From NCBI GenBank assembly GCA_021163965.1, contig JAGGTB010000028.1, positions 1 to 56,683 of the forward strand: a stretch of 56,683 nt of DNA, written 5' to 3'. Below, piece after piece: positions 27,863-37,176 of the stretch. Position 1 is the first letter of the stretch; the number at the start of each line of letters is the position of its first letter. The notes below the pieces were generated by a model. That model did no database searches and was not told the DNA's origin. It saw only the letters and a program-made list of their open reading frames with translations. The translations under genes and the position numbers were made by a program. The stretch is from Hadesarchaea archaeon. GTDB lineage: Archaea; Hadarchaeota; Hadarchaeia; Hadarchaeales; JAGGTB01.

Positions 27863-27920
27863 GAGAACCCCTAACTTTTATGAAGTTTTTCCCCTTAAAA
27901 CTACTGGATTACCGCGTAGT

Positions 27921-28190
27921 ATGGGTGAAAACATGGCATCAACTGAAAAACTTCAGCAGGTTGCAGAGATTATAGCCCGCGTGGCGGATGATACCTCCGT
28001 ACCCCGAAATATACGCAGGGCTGCAAACGAGGCTAGGGAAATCCTCCTCAAAGGGGAGGGTGATCCAGTGGTGAGAGCGGCTTCGGCGATATCGATCTTA
28101 GATGAGATAAGCAATGATCCGAACATGCCGGTTCACGCTAGAACAACGATATGGAACGCGTTGAGCATTTTGGAGACGATACACGAATGA
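27921..28190 (+). CDS. UPF0147 family protein
   Basis: Only the last ~89 codons of the 253-aa track ORF look real. They contain DDTSVPRNIRRAANEA...RAASAISILDEISNDPNMPVHARTTIW, the conserved UPF0147 core. The ATGs are at 27921 and 27933. Confidence 0.75.
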   Translation: MGENMASTEKLQQVAEIIARVADDTSVPRNIRRAANEAREILLKGEGDPVVRAASAISILDEISNDPNMPVHARTTIWNALSILETIHE

Positions 28191-28317
28191 AAAACACGAC
28201 ACTCTTCCGACCACTGGATTCTTCCGTCGCGAGGGCATTTCGGCCGGCAGGTCAGTTGACTTTAGCGACCCCACGTTCTCCTAAGGTGCTCTGGATAACG
28301 ATCGAGGTGGGGATGAA

Positions 28318-28716
28318 GTGGAACGAGGGGTAAAGACCTTCGCCGAGGCCTTGTGGGGAAAGAAGATAAAGGCGGCGAGAAAAAAAGCTGAGCGCATCGT
28401 CAAGCGATTGAACGCAGGAGGAGAATACCAGAGGGGTTACGCTCAGGCTTTGCGCGGAATGGTTGCGGCACTCGAGTCGGATGATGATCTTGCGCTTCTC
28501 AGGCGGATAATCGATGGCGAGAATCCCGAGAGACTCATTCGGAGGCACTTGGAAGAGTTCAAGGTAAGGGCATCTCAGGACTTCCGGCCCGAGGACGAGC
28601 GGGGGTATTACGCTGCTTGGGTCGACGTTTTGCAAATTTTCTCCGGAAAAGTTGGAAAGTCGAAGGAGAGTCAGACAGACGCAGCCGGAGGTGCCGAGTT
28701 AACTGGAGGAAAGTAG
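28318..28716 (+). CDS. Hypothetical protein upstream of trkH
   Basis: 132-aa ORF with a GTG start, helical and charged composition. Its stop lies 2 nt before the trkH ATG. No motif recognised. Confidence 0.4.
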   Translation: MERGVKTFAEALWGKKIKAARKKAERIVKRLNAGGEYQRGYAQALRGMVAALESDDDLALLRRIIDGENPERLIRRHLEEFKVRASQDFRPEDERGYYAAWVDVLQIFSGKVGKSKESQTDAAGGAELTGGK

Positions 28717-28718
28717 GG

Positions 28719-30161
28719 ATGCTGTACTTCTTGGGCATAATCTTCGTAATCAGCGGGCTGGTCATGGCGATACCAATACCCGTCGCCTTTATCCTTGGGG
28801 AGGGATACCTCACCCCGTATTTCGCAATCCCCTCCGGCGCGATTGTGCTCATCGGACTGCTGATGTGGCGGAAGTTCAAGCGCACGGATCTCACCTTGGG
28901 CAAGGCGATGGTTCTCGTAACGCTGGCATGGGCACTGGTCGCTCTGTTCGGGTCGATCCCATACATCTTCGGGAACAACATGAGCTTCCTTGACTCATAC
29001 TTCGAGAGCATGTCTGGTTTCACCGCCACGGGGTTGACAAGGATTCAGGGACCAACTGATGTCGCTGCCTTTTCTCCAAATGGCTGGTTAGGGGGGGCAA
29101 AGCCCCCAGATACGATCCTATTCTGGCGGAGTCTCACCGAGTGGGTCGGGGGATTGGGAGTAGTGGTTCTCTTCCTCGCGGCCGTGCTCGGCGCTGGGCG
29201 TGCCGGTCGGAAGCTGTACGTAGCGGAGGCACGAACGGATCGAATTGAGCCCAGCATAAGGGAAACCGCTAGGTCAATTTGGAAGATCTATTTCCTCCTA
29301 ACTCTCGCCGGGGTGGTGGGTCTCTTCTTAGCCGGGGTAGACCTATTCACAGCCGTGAACCACGCCATGACGGGCATTGCCACCGGTGGCTTTACCGTCA
29401 CCCCTGAGAGCTACTCCCCATATGGGGTTCCGGTCCTCGCCGTGACCATAGTTATAATGATAGCTGGGGCGACGAGTTTCGCCGTCCACAGGAGGGTATT
29501 GGGTGGCGATTGGCGGGAAATATTTAGGAATGTCGAGGTCAGGCTAATGGTAGTACTCATAGTTCTCGCCACCTTGGGTCTGGTGTGGAAAGTGGGATTC
29601 GGCGACACTCTCTTCCAGTCCGTCTCTGCCCTCACGGGGACTGGTTTTTCCAGTACTGGCGTGATCCCCCCGGAATGGGGAGATTTCGAAAAGGGGGTAT
29701 TAATAACCCTGATGGTCACCGGTGGCGGATATGGTTCTACTTCGGGTGCTATCAAGCTAGTTCGGATCGCCATCATCATAGGTGCAGTGTATTGGGTGAT
29801 TAAACGAAGCTTTCTTCCCGAGCGCGCCGTGGTACCGATGAAGATGGGCGGAAGGATATATTCCGAACGCGATGTGATGGAGACGGCAATTTATGCATTT
29901 ATCTACATCTTGGTCTTGGTCGTAGGGGCGCTCATCACGATGGGGGAGATGCCGGAGTGGAGCGGGATAGACGCCGCATTCGAGTCGGCTTCGGCGCAGG
30001 GTAATGTCGGGCTGACGGTGGGAATAACGGCCGTTGCCCCTCCCTTGGTAAGAGTAGTGTTCATAATCCAGATGCTAGTCGGTCGCCTGGAGATCCTGCC
30101 GGTCGTTGCGTTCATCGGCTATATCGTCTCGAAAGTTCCCCGCCGCCGCCGCGCCATCTAG
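28719..30161 (+). CDS. trkH: TrkH/KtrB-family potassium uptake membrane protein
   Basis: ~480 aa from the ATG at 28719. Multi-TM with repeated selectivity-filter-like GFTATG, ATGGFT and TGTGFS motifs. Confidence 0.88.
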   Translation: MLYFLGIIFVISGLVMAIPIPVAFILGEGYLTPYFAIPSGAIVLIGLLMWRKFKRTDLTLGKAMVLVTLAWALVALFGSIPYIFGNNMSFLDSYFESMSGFTATGLTRIQGPTDVAAFSPNGWLGGAKPPDTILFWRSLTEWVGGLGVVVLFLAAVLGAGRAGRKLYVAEARTDRIEPSIRETARSIWKIYFLLTLAGVVGLFLAGVDLFTAVNHAMTGIATGGFTVTPESYSPYGVPVLAVTIVIMIAGATSFAVHRRVLGGDWREIFRNVEVRLMVVLIVLATLGLVWKVGFGDTLFQSVSALTGTGFSSTGVIPPEWGDFEKGVLITLMVTGGGYGSTSGAIKLVRIAIIIGAVYWVIKRSFLPERAVVPMKMGGRIYSERDVMETAIYAFIYILVLVVGALITMGEMPEWSGIDAAFESASAQGNVGLTVGITAVAPPLVRVVFIIQMLVGRLEILPVVAFIGYIVSKVPRRRRAI

Positions 30162-30735
30162 GCCTATGTTCCCTTGCTGGCGGTCTAACGAAGATGGAGT
30201 ACTTGTCGGCTCCCCGTAGTTCCACTTCTATCCGTTTGGCTATCATCTCCCTTGGGTCGGGGATGGTCTTCAATCGCTTCTTTAGATCTTCGAAGCTCTC
30301 GAAGGGTTTCTTCTCCCGCTCTTCCAGAATGGTCCACATGAGCTTCTTCCCGATCCCGGGGATAAGTTCGAGCTGATGAAACCGCGAGGTTACTGGCCCA
30401 GCCTTGTTGAAGAACTCTAGGAATCTCTCGGGGTTCTCGTCGACTATCTCACGGATCGCTGGGAGAAGTTCGGATTTCGCGGCGGAAGTCAGCTCGCTGT
30501 AGCTTATCCTGCGCTTGACCCTATCTACCTGTGCCCTGTCTTCCCTCTTGATAGACACGCGATCGTGAGGGGATAGCTTGACGCCCTCCTTTGGGACTAT
30601 TTCGAGGAGGGTGAAGAAGGAATCCCCGAGGATTTGGGCGATCGGCTCGCGGAGATGAATGGGCCGGGGGTCGTCCGGGCGGCCCTGAGGTAAAAAATCT
30701 AGTACTATTCCGTTATCCTCGTACTTCTTTCTCAC
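30112..30735 (-). CDS. DUF655 / COG1491 putative RNA-binding protein
   Basis: YEDNGIVLDFLPQG...FTLLEIVPK...HQLELIPGIGKKLMWTILEER (HhH). Occupies the conserved position downstream of L21e-RpoF. Confidence 0.78.
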   Translation of the reverse strand: MRKKYEDNGIVLDFLPQGRPDDPRPIHLREPIAQILGDSFFTLLEIVPKEGVKLSPHDRVSIKREDRAQVDRVKRRISYSELTSAAKSELLPAIREIVDENPERFLEFFNKAGPVTSRFHQLELIPGIGKKLMWTILEEREKKPFESFEDLKKRLKTIPDPREMIAKRIEVELRGADKYSIFVRPPAREHRPRWRGGGGELSRRYSR

Positions 30736-30760
30736 GTTGACGCACCATCCGAAAAAAAGC

Positions 30761-31099
30761 CTATTTCTTGTACTTTCTGACTATCTCCAGTATCCGCCCG
30801 ATATCCTCGTCATCGAGAGGGGTTCTCTCCTTGGCAAAAATAAGTCTAACGTCCTCTTCCGTCTCGGGCATCAGGTCTATTATGGAGACAGCCTGATGCT
30901 CCCTTATTTTCCCCAACTCCAATAACTCTTTCATCAAATTCTCCGCCTTCTTCGGGCTGAGGGATTTGAATTTCTGCGCGTAGTCATACGCGAGTCGCTG
31001 CTCATATCCTAACTCGCCGATTTTCTTCCTCTCCCTGAGGATTTTATAAACTTCCGTTAGGGAAACGGGCTTCTCCTTCTCCACTCCTTTTCCTATCAA
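30761..31099 (-). CDS. rpoF: DNA-directed RNA polymerase subunit F (Rpo4)
   Basis: 112 aa. PVSLTEVYKILRER...YEQRLAYDYAQKF...AENLMKELLELG...HQAVSIIDLMP. Conserved L21e-RpoF synteny. Confidence 0.85.
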   Translation of the reverse strand: MIGKGVEKEKPVSLTEVYKILRERKKIGELGYEQRLAYDYAQKFKSLSPKKAENLMKELLELGKIREHQAVSIIDLMPETEEDVRLIFAKERTPLDDEDIGRILEIVRKYKK

Positions 31100-31102
31100 G
31101 TT

Positions 31103-31420
31103 TTACACCACCTTGAGGTGCTCCGGCCTTGAAATAACTTTTTTGGTCATCCCTCCGTTCCTTATTTGAAGAACGTATGCCCGACCGCGACGCTCGACGA
31201 CGACCCCAATTTTTCCATGATACCTTGGATGCGGTTGCCCCTTTGGGACGCTGGGGTCTATATCCACGATGACTCTTGAGTTCGGAGGAAACTCCTGAAT
31301 GACTCTGCTTGGACGTGGAACTCCCCGCTCCCTTATGTGCTTTCTCAGCTTTTTCCGGGTACGACTTCGCAGTCCCTTCGGCTTGCGCCCCACAGCCCAC
31401 ACCCTCGCAAAAGTTGACAT
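31103..31420 (-). CDS. rpl21e: 50S ribosomal protein L21e
   Basis: GLRSRTRKKL...VIVDIDPSVPKGQPHPRYHGKIGVVVERRGRAYVLQI. Confidence 0.92.
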   Translation of the reverse strand: MSTFARVWAVGRKPKGLRSRTRKKLRKHIRERGVPRPSRVIQEFPPNSRVIVDIDPSVPKGQPHPRYHGKIGVVVERRGRAYVLQIRNGGMTKKVISRPEHLKVV

Positions 31421-31588
31421 TGGAGTCGCTTTCGCTCGTTTTTTAGGGGACTTTCTGTCCTATTTAACTTTACCACAAGAACGGTAATTTGCTACTCTTT
31501 ACCCTGTTACTAATTTCAGACCCCTTTTCCATTGATACGGCGGATACGGTTTTTCCATACATCTATACCTGAGAATCCGGCCGGGGAA

Positions 31589-31963
31589 TTGTTATATATA
31601 TAACAACGATTTCGTCCAGCGCCAAAATTTTTCATCGATGCTGCAGCGACTGATTTACACATCTCGGAAATCGATCCCTCGAAATCGCTGTTAAACAAAT
31701 CCTGTTGGGGTTCAAACCTCTCGTCCAGCCCCCGCCACGTGGATTCGAAACCCCCGCGTTAGTAGTTCCTCAATCGTTGTTATATATCCAATCGCCAATC
31801 GTTGTTATATATATAACAAACGTCGCCCGCATAGCCCCCTTTATTTTGTTACACGTGTAACAAAAAGTTCCGGATTGGAAATTCCACCGGCGCCCCACCT
31901 CCCGAACCGTCAATCCGAATCGCAGATATCCGTGATGCCGTGGATTTGTTATATATATAACAA
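31589..31963. repeat. Array of TTGTTA-N6-TAACAA palindromes in a gene-free region
   Basis: Perfect 18-bp TTGTTATATATATAACAA occurs at 31589-31606, 31802-31819 and 31946-31963. TTGTTACACGTGTAACAA occurs at 31846-31863. A half-site TTGTTATATAT lies at 31777-31787 inside a tandem CAATCGTTGTTATATAT duplication. Confidence 0.9.
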
Positions 31964-32181
31964 ATGCCCACGGACTGTTCTTCTTTTAGGCTGGAAAAAA
32001 TAAGAACGGAAATCGAAACGGTCCAATCTTTTTCTTTTTTTGACTCTAGGAAGCATAGCACCGCATTATGGTACCTAAGATTTGAAAAATGTTGAAAGAC
32101 TGGACAAATATTGGGAGCGCATGGTGGGAACATAAAAGACGGAAATCGCTGAAATGTTCTAGATGATCCGTCATCGATAAG

Positions 32182-32414
32182 GGTGACCTCCTCCTCATGC
32201 TTCCGCACGGGGCTTCCGACTTTTTTCCCTGTTACTCCCACATCGCCTCCGCTTCGGGGAGCGTTTTGCCGGGAGCCTCTGGGAGCTCCCTGCTTCATCC
32301 ACCGGACTCGATCCCGCCCCCCTTCGGGCGGTTACGGAGGTCCGATGTCCAGCCTACCCGCGCCGCGCAGGTCATCGGTTTCCCACAGGCGACGGACGGG
32401 GACTTCCCGCCGAC
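32182..32414 (-). ncRNA. Unclassified structured RNA candidate, copy 2 (paralogue of 14177-14434)
   Basis: Same three conserved blocks as copy 1, with a ~48-nt expansion at a different site. Terminal hairpin CCCCGUGC-GGAA-GCAUGAGG on the minus strand. The same TTTAAC lies immediately upstream (32415-32423 on the plus strand). Confidence 0.5.
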
Positions 32415-32465
32415 AAAGTTAAATTATCTCCCGCCATCGACTTCTCTGAAAACGGAGGAGGCGGA

Positions 32466-33734
32466 ATGAGGACATCTCGGATTCCCGGGTTTTACAAGCT
32501 GAGCGTTGATGAGAGGCTTGAGAGGGTGAAGGAGTTCGCTGGGCTTACGGATGAGGAGGTCGAGCTGCTCCGCAGGACCGGGGCATTGGAAATCGAGCAG
32601 GCGAACCGCATGGTAGAGAACGTGGTGGGAACCACGGAGCTACCTCTTGGAATCGCGACCAACTTTCTCATCAATGGTAGGGACTATCTCGTGCCCATGG
32701 CGATAGAGGAGCCCTCGGTAATCGCCGCGGCATCTAACGCCGCTAAGATGGCGCGAGAGAGGGGAGGGTTCCAAGCGGAGAGCACGGATCCGATAATGAT
32801 AGGACAGATCCAGCTCCTGGGAGTAAGGGACCCATACAAGGCGGAGGAGGTCATCCTCTCGAACAAAGAGGAGATAATCAAAATAGCGAACGAGCAGGAT
32901 CCCCTTCTAGCTAAGCTGGGAGGAGGGGCAAGGGACGTCGAGGTAAGGATCCTTGACTCCCCTGCGGGCCGGATGATCGTGGTTCACCTGCTAGTCGACA
33001 CGAGAGATGCTATGGGTGCGAACATCGTCAATACGATGGTGGAGGCGGTAAGTCCATTTATTGAGCGGATAGCTGGCGGGGATGCGCACTTCAGAATAGT
33101 CTCCAACCTCGCCACCCGAAGGCTCGCCAGGGCGCGGGCAGTCTTCGCCAAGGAGGCAATAGGGGGGGAGGAGGTCGTTGACGGGATACTCCAGGGATAT
33201 GCGTTCGCCGTCGCCGACCCCTATCGTTGCGCGACGCATAACAAAGGGGTGATGAACGGGGTGGTTGCTGTTGCCTTAGCAACGGGCAACGACAGCCGTG
33301 CGCTGGAAGCTGGAGCTCATGCTTATGCCGCCCGCAGCGGGAGATACCAGCCGCTTACACGTTGGGAGAAGAACGAGGATGGGGATCTTGTGGGGGAGAT
33401 CGAGCTCCCGGTTGCCGTTGGCATAATAGGTGGGGCAACGGGGGCACATCCAGTTGCCAAGGTGAGTCTTAAGATCCTCGGGGTAAAAACCGCTCGGGAA
33501 CTCGGGGAGGTCATGGCCGCTGTCGGGCTGGCGCAGAACTTCGCGGCGATGAGGGCAATTGCAGTAGAAGGGATCCAGCGAGGGCACATGAAGCTTCACG
33601 CCCGAAATATAGCCGCTATGGTGGGCGCCAGGGGGGAGACGATCGATAGAGTCGCGGAGCAACTGGTTAGGGAGGGAAGGATAAGAGCCGACCGAGCGAA
33701 GGAGATCCTCGAGGAGCTACAACGCCGAGGGTAG
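32466..33734 (+). CDS. hmgA: HMG-CoA reductase, class II-like
   Basis: 422 aa, soluble. [13 protein letters not shown]...[41 protein letters not shown]...[10 protein letters not shown]...[10 protein letters not shown] resembles the class II (Pseudomonas/Archaeoglobus-type) enzyme rather than the usual archaeal class I enzyme. Confidence 0.9.
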   Translation: MRTSRIPGFYKLSVDERLERVKEFAGLTDEEVELLRRTGALEIEQANRMVENVVGTTELPLGIATNFLINGRDYLVPMAIEEPSVIAAASNAAKMARERGGFQAESTDPIMIGQIQLLGVRDPYKAEEVILSNKEEIIKIANEQDPLLAKLGGGARDVEVRILDSPAGRMIVVHLLVDTRDAMGANIVNTMVEAVSPFIERIAGGDAHFRIVSNLATRRLARARAVFAKEAIGGEEVVDGILQGYAFAVADPYRCATHNKGVMNGVVAVALATGNDSRALEAGAHAYAARSGRYQPLTRWEKNEDGDLVGEIELPVAVGIIGGATGAHPVAKVSLKILGVKTARELGEVMAAVGLAQNFAAMRAIAVEGIQRGHMKLHARNIAAMVGARGETIDRVAEQLVREGRIRADRAKEILEELQRRG

Positions 33735-33787
33735 GTGGATAGTTCGTATTACTTTCGCCTATCTCTCTCATCAAAAGTTCTTTTAAC

Positions 33788-35878
33788 GTGCTTGCGGAAT
33801 ATCCATCGGGGCTTGGGTTGAGCACGAATTTTGACGATATCGTGCGGAAAATTCTGGAGAAAACGGGCTTGGATCGCAACGAACTTATGGCCCGCATACG
33901 CAGGAAACAGGAAGAACTCAGCGGCTTTATTACCCCGGAGGGCGCAGCGGCGATAGTGGCGCGCGAGTTTGGTATAGTCCCAGAGAGGAAGATTCCCGAG
34001 GTTCGGAAGCTGACGATCAGCGACTTGAGCCCGGGAATGTCAAACGTCGATATAGTAGCCCGCGTTGTTCGGGTCTATGAGCCTAGAGAATTCGAGCGCA
34101 GGGATGGGTCTAAAGGACAAGTCGCTAGCGTGATTCTCCAAGATTCCACCGGTCAAATCCGGGGGGTTCTCTGGGACAAGCACGTGTCTCTAATAAAAGA
34201 AAATAAAATCCGGAAAGGGGTGTCGATACGCGTTTGCGGTGCCTATGTGAAGCATCGGCAGAATGGGCCCCCAGAACTCAACCTAGGTCTAAGAAGTTCC
34301 ATAGAGATTAACCCGGATGATCCCCGAGTGGAGGAGCTCCCGGAACTCCCAGAGAGTAAGGCTAAAATAGCCGATCTGAAGCCGGATTTGAGCGATGTCG
34401 ATGTAGTCGGGCGCGTGACCGCGGTCTCTGGGCCCAAAACCTTTGAGCGTCCAGATGGATCCATTGGAAAGGTAGCGAGCGTGATGCTCATAGACGGAAG
34501 CGGTCAAACGCGCGTTTCACTTTGGGATGAGAAAGCCGAGGTAGTTGGAAAAATCAAGCCCGGCGACGCTGTGAAGCTTGAGAACGCGTACGTTAGGAGC
34601 GGATGGCAGGACAAACCAGAACTTCACGTCGGGCGCCGTGGTCGCATCATATTGAACCCCGAGGATCCGGAAGTCAACGAGCTTCCGAAGGTCGAAAGGC
34701 GCCTGTTGAAGGTTGGGGAAATTGAAGTAGATATGCCGACGCTCGATGTCGCGGCGAAAGTGGCTCAGAAGTTTCAGCCCCAAGAATTCAGCCGCGATGA
34801 TGGCTCATCTGGAAAGGTGATGAATGTAATTCTGGCCGACGAAACAGGTTCGATTCGCGCGTCCTTCTGGGATGATATGGTCGACGAGGCCCAGAAGTTA
34901 CGGGTCGGCGATGTTGTTCTACTGAGGAATGCGAGATCGCGCGAGGGCTTGGGTGGACAACCGGAAATCCGGGTTGGTCGGGGCACTGATGTCCAAGTAA
35001 ACCCCGAAGGAATTAGCGTTGGGGAGCCTAGGCCAAGTTTGGTTGAGATCTCCGAACTCGAGCCAGGGATGAATGCATTCCAGGTATTGGGGAGGGTCAT
35101 CGAAGTCTCAGGGTCGAGGGATTTCACAAGGTCTGACGGGAGCAAGGGACGGGTGGCCTCCATGGTTCTGGCAGACCGAACCGGATCCACTAGGGTTTCG
35201 CTGTGGCATGATAAGGCCGGTTTGGTTGACGGGGTCAAGGTTGGCGACGTTATTAGACTGAGCAATTGTTATAGCACGGCGGGGCTCTTCGGCGAAGTTG
35301 AGGTGCACCTCGGAAGGCAGGGCGAGATGGAAGTGAATCCACAAGTCGAAGTGGAGTTGCCACCTGTGGACGTGTTGAAGGCCTTGGCTAGGCCAGAGCA
35401 GGTGGAGATAGGTTCCATCAAAGAGGAGGGAAAGAACGTCCGAGTACGTGGTACCATAGTGAAGGTATTCCAGAGGCGCCCGATATTTGATGTTTGCCCA
35501 GAGTGCGGCAGGAACCTTGGAAGCGTCGATTCGAACCTTCTCTGCGAGGAATGCGGGAAGGTGGTCACTCCGGAGCACAGGGTGGTACTAAGTTTCACGA
35601 TCGACGACGGGACGGGGAACATCCGCGCTATATTGTTTGGGAAAGTTGGGGAGCAACTCCTAGGAATGGGTGCGCAAGAGGTCTTCGAGAAGTTCAGGGG
35701 AGCTTCGAGCTTGTCGGAACTCTATGAAGAGTTCGACCTTCTCGGGCGGGAAATAGTTCTTATCGGGATAACCCGCCGAAACAGGCTATTGGGCGAGCTC
35801 GAGATAGTGGTTCGGGAGGTCGCGATCCCGAATCCCAAGGAGGAAGCCATGAGGTTGTTGGGAAAAATTAAAGCGTAA
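33788..35878 (+). CDS. rpa: Replication protein A (single-stranded DNA-binding), four OB folds plus zinc ribbon
   Basis: 696 aa. Contains four repeats of the pattern V..V....R.F.R.DGS.G.VASV.L.D.TG..R..LWD and a C-terminal CPECGRNLG...CEECG. The start is uncertain (GTG at 33788 or TTG at about 33818). Confidence 0.85.
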   Translation: MLAEYPSGLGLSTNFDDIVRKILEKTGLDRNELMARIRRKQEELSGFITPEGAAAIVAREFGIVPERKIPEVRKLTISDLSPGMSNVDIVARVVRVYEPREFERRDGSKGQVASVILQDSTGQIRGVLWDKHVSLIKENKIRKGVSIRVCGAYVKHRQNGPPELNLGLRSSIEINPDDPRVEELPELPESKAKIADLKPDLSDVDVVGRVTAVSGPKTFERPDGSIGKVASVMLIDGSGQTRVSLWDEKAEVVGKIKPGDAVKLENAYVRSGWQDKPELHVGRRGRIILNPEDPEVNELPKVERRLLKVGEIEVDMPTLDVAAKVAQKFQPQEFSRDDGSSGKVMNVILADETGSIRASFWDDMVDEAQKLRVGDVVLLRNARSREGLGGQPEIRVGRGTDVQVNPEGISVGEPRPSLVEISELEPGMNAFQVLGRVIEVSGSRDFTRSDGSKGRVASMVLADRTGSTRVSLWHDKAGLVDGVKVGDVIRLSNCYSTAGLFGEVEVHLGRQGEMEVNPQVEVELPPVDVLKALARPEQVEIGSIKEEGKNVRVRGTIVKVFQRRPIFDVCPECGRNLGSVDSNLLCEECGKVVTPEHRVVLSFTIDDGTGNIRAILFGKVGEQLLGMGAQEVFEKFRGASSLSELYEEFDLLGREIVLIGITRRNRLLGELEIVVREVAIPNPKEEAMRLLGKIKA

Positions 35879-35879
35879 T

Positions 35880-36854
35880 GTGCAGAAAGTAGAGGTGGAG
35901 ACGGAGTTGTCCGAAGAATTTCGGCGGCTGCTGAGCTTGCCCGGCGTGGGGGAGGCCACAGCTGAGAGGCTCCGGGAAGCGGGATATGAAACAGTCGAGT
36001 CTGTCGCTGTTGCGAGTGTGGATGAGATTTGTGAGGCGGTTGAGATAGGCAAGATGCAAGCCAGGCGCATAATTGAGGCCGCCCGGAAGGCCGCGGAAAT
36101 AGAGGACTTCGTGACGGCTGATAAAGTTCTCGAGAAGAGAAAAAATGTGGGCTGGATCACTACGGGCAGTAGCCAGCTCGATTCCCTCTTTGGTGGGGGG
36201 GTGCAGACTCAAGCGGTTACCGAGGTATTTGGGGAGTTCGGATCTGGGAAGACCCAACTCGCGCACCAGCTCAGCGTCAACGTGCAGTTGCCCGAGGAGG
36301 AAGGGGGACTCAATGGTAAGGCCATCTTCGTTGACACGGAGAACACTTTCAGACCCCGCAGGATAATAAGTATGGCTAAGGCCCGCGGGCTTGATCCGAG
36401 CGAGGCGCTTCGCAATATATTTGTCGCCAGAGCTCGCACTACTGACCGTCAGCTGCTGATAGCCGAAAAGGCCCAGGAAGTGGTGGAGAAGGAGAACGTG
36501 CGCCTGTTGGTGTTTGACACCTTGACTTCACTTTTTAGAGCGGAATTTATAGGAAGGGAGACGCTAGCTGCACGCCAGCAAAAGCTCGCTAGGCATCTCT
36601 TGACCCTCCACAGGATAGCTGATCTTTACAACGTGGCGGTCTTCGTCACAAATCAGGTGCAGGCTAGGCCTGATTTGTTCTTCGGAGATGCTACGCGTCC
36701 CATTGGTGGGCATGTGCTCGGACACTCAGCGACCACGAGGATTTACTTTAGGAAGTCTAGGGGAAATAAGCGCATCGCGCGGGTAGTCGATAGTCCCGAG
36801 TTGCCGGAGGGTGAGTCGGTATTTGTAATCACGGAAGAGGGGATTAGAGACTAA
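35880..36854 (+). CDS. radA: RadA recombinase, paralogue 2
   Basis: 324 aa. The GTG start lies 1 nt after the rpa stop. HhH domain ([26 protein letters not shown]), Walker [10 protein letters not shown], Walker [24 protein letters not shown] replaces the usual ARAYxxxHQ. Confidence 0.9.
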   Translation: MQKVEVETELSEEFRRLLSLPGVGEATAERLREAGYETVESVAVASVDEICEAVEIGKMQARRIIEAARKAAEIEDFVTADKVLEKRKNVGWITTGSSQLDSLFGGGVQTQAVTEVFGEFGSGKTQLAHQLSVNVQLPEEEGGLNGKAIFVDTENTFRPRRIISMAKARGLDPSEALRNIFVARARTTDRQLLIAEKAQEVVEKENVRLLVFDTLTSLFRAEFIGRETLAARQQKLARHLLTLHRIADLYNVAVFVTNQVQARPDLFFGDATRPIGGHVLGHSATTRIYFRKSRGNKRIARVVDSPELPEGESVFVITEEGIRD

Positions 36855-36954
36855 CTTGGGTGGAAGGACTTGGTCGCGCGTGACGAAGACGCGGATGGAG
36901 CGATGACTTATTGTTAAAAGGTTGGGACTTCACCGCCGTTGAAGCTTAAGGGGG

Positions 36955-37176
36955 TCAAGTCCCTGTTGGTTTTTTTCTTTTGCCAAGAAGTTTTCTGGCG
37001 AGGGTCTTAAAAGCCTTGGCGCTCGATGAGCTCGCTTTCCTTACCATTATTGGCTCTCCCATCGCGATTGACTTGCGGATTTCTGGGTCCTCCGGGATTT
37101 TTGCAAGTATCGGTAGCTCCAACACCTGGTCACCGAAATCTAACATATCTTCACGCGAAGACATGGTAGGTCGGTT
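36955..37176 (-). pseudogene. C-terminal remnant of a MinD/ParA-family P-loop ATPase
   Basis: ...SREDMLDFGDQVLELPILAKIPEDPEIRKSIAMGEPIMV...SSSAKAFKTLARKLLG aligns by eye with the C-terminal ~65 residues of MinD (E. coli SRGDMLSMEDVLEILRIKLVGVIPED...). No Walker A or N-terminal ~200 aa is found on either side of the adjacent insertion. Confidence 0.6.

Noticed and set aside
27429-27920. N-terminal 160 aa of the 253-aa plus-strand ORF 27429-28190.
   Set aside because: This part is antisense to two well-supported minus-strand genes (the wHTH and UPF0148 genes) and is low-complexity. Only the C-terminal UPF0147 core from 27921 is retained.
31868-31891. GTTCCGGATTGGAAATTCCACCGG as a possible ORB/mini-ORB (Orc1/Cdc6 binding) element.
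   Set aside because: It occurs only once and is an imperfect match to the TTCCAGTGGAAA-type consensus. It is insufficient on its own to call an origin, and is mentioned only as weak context for the palindrome-array finding.
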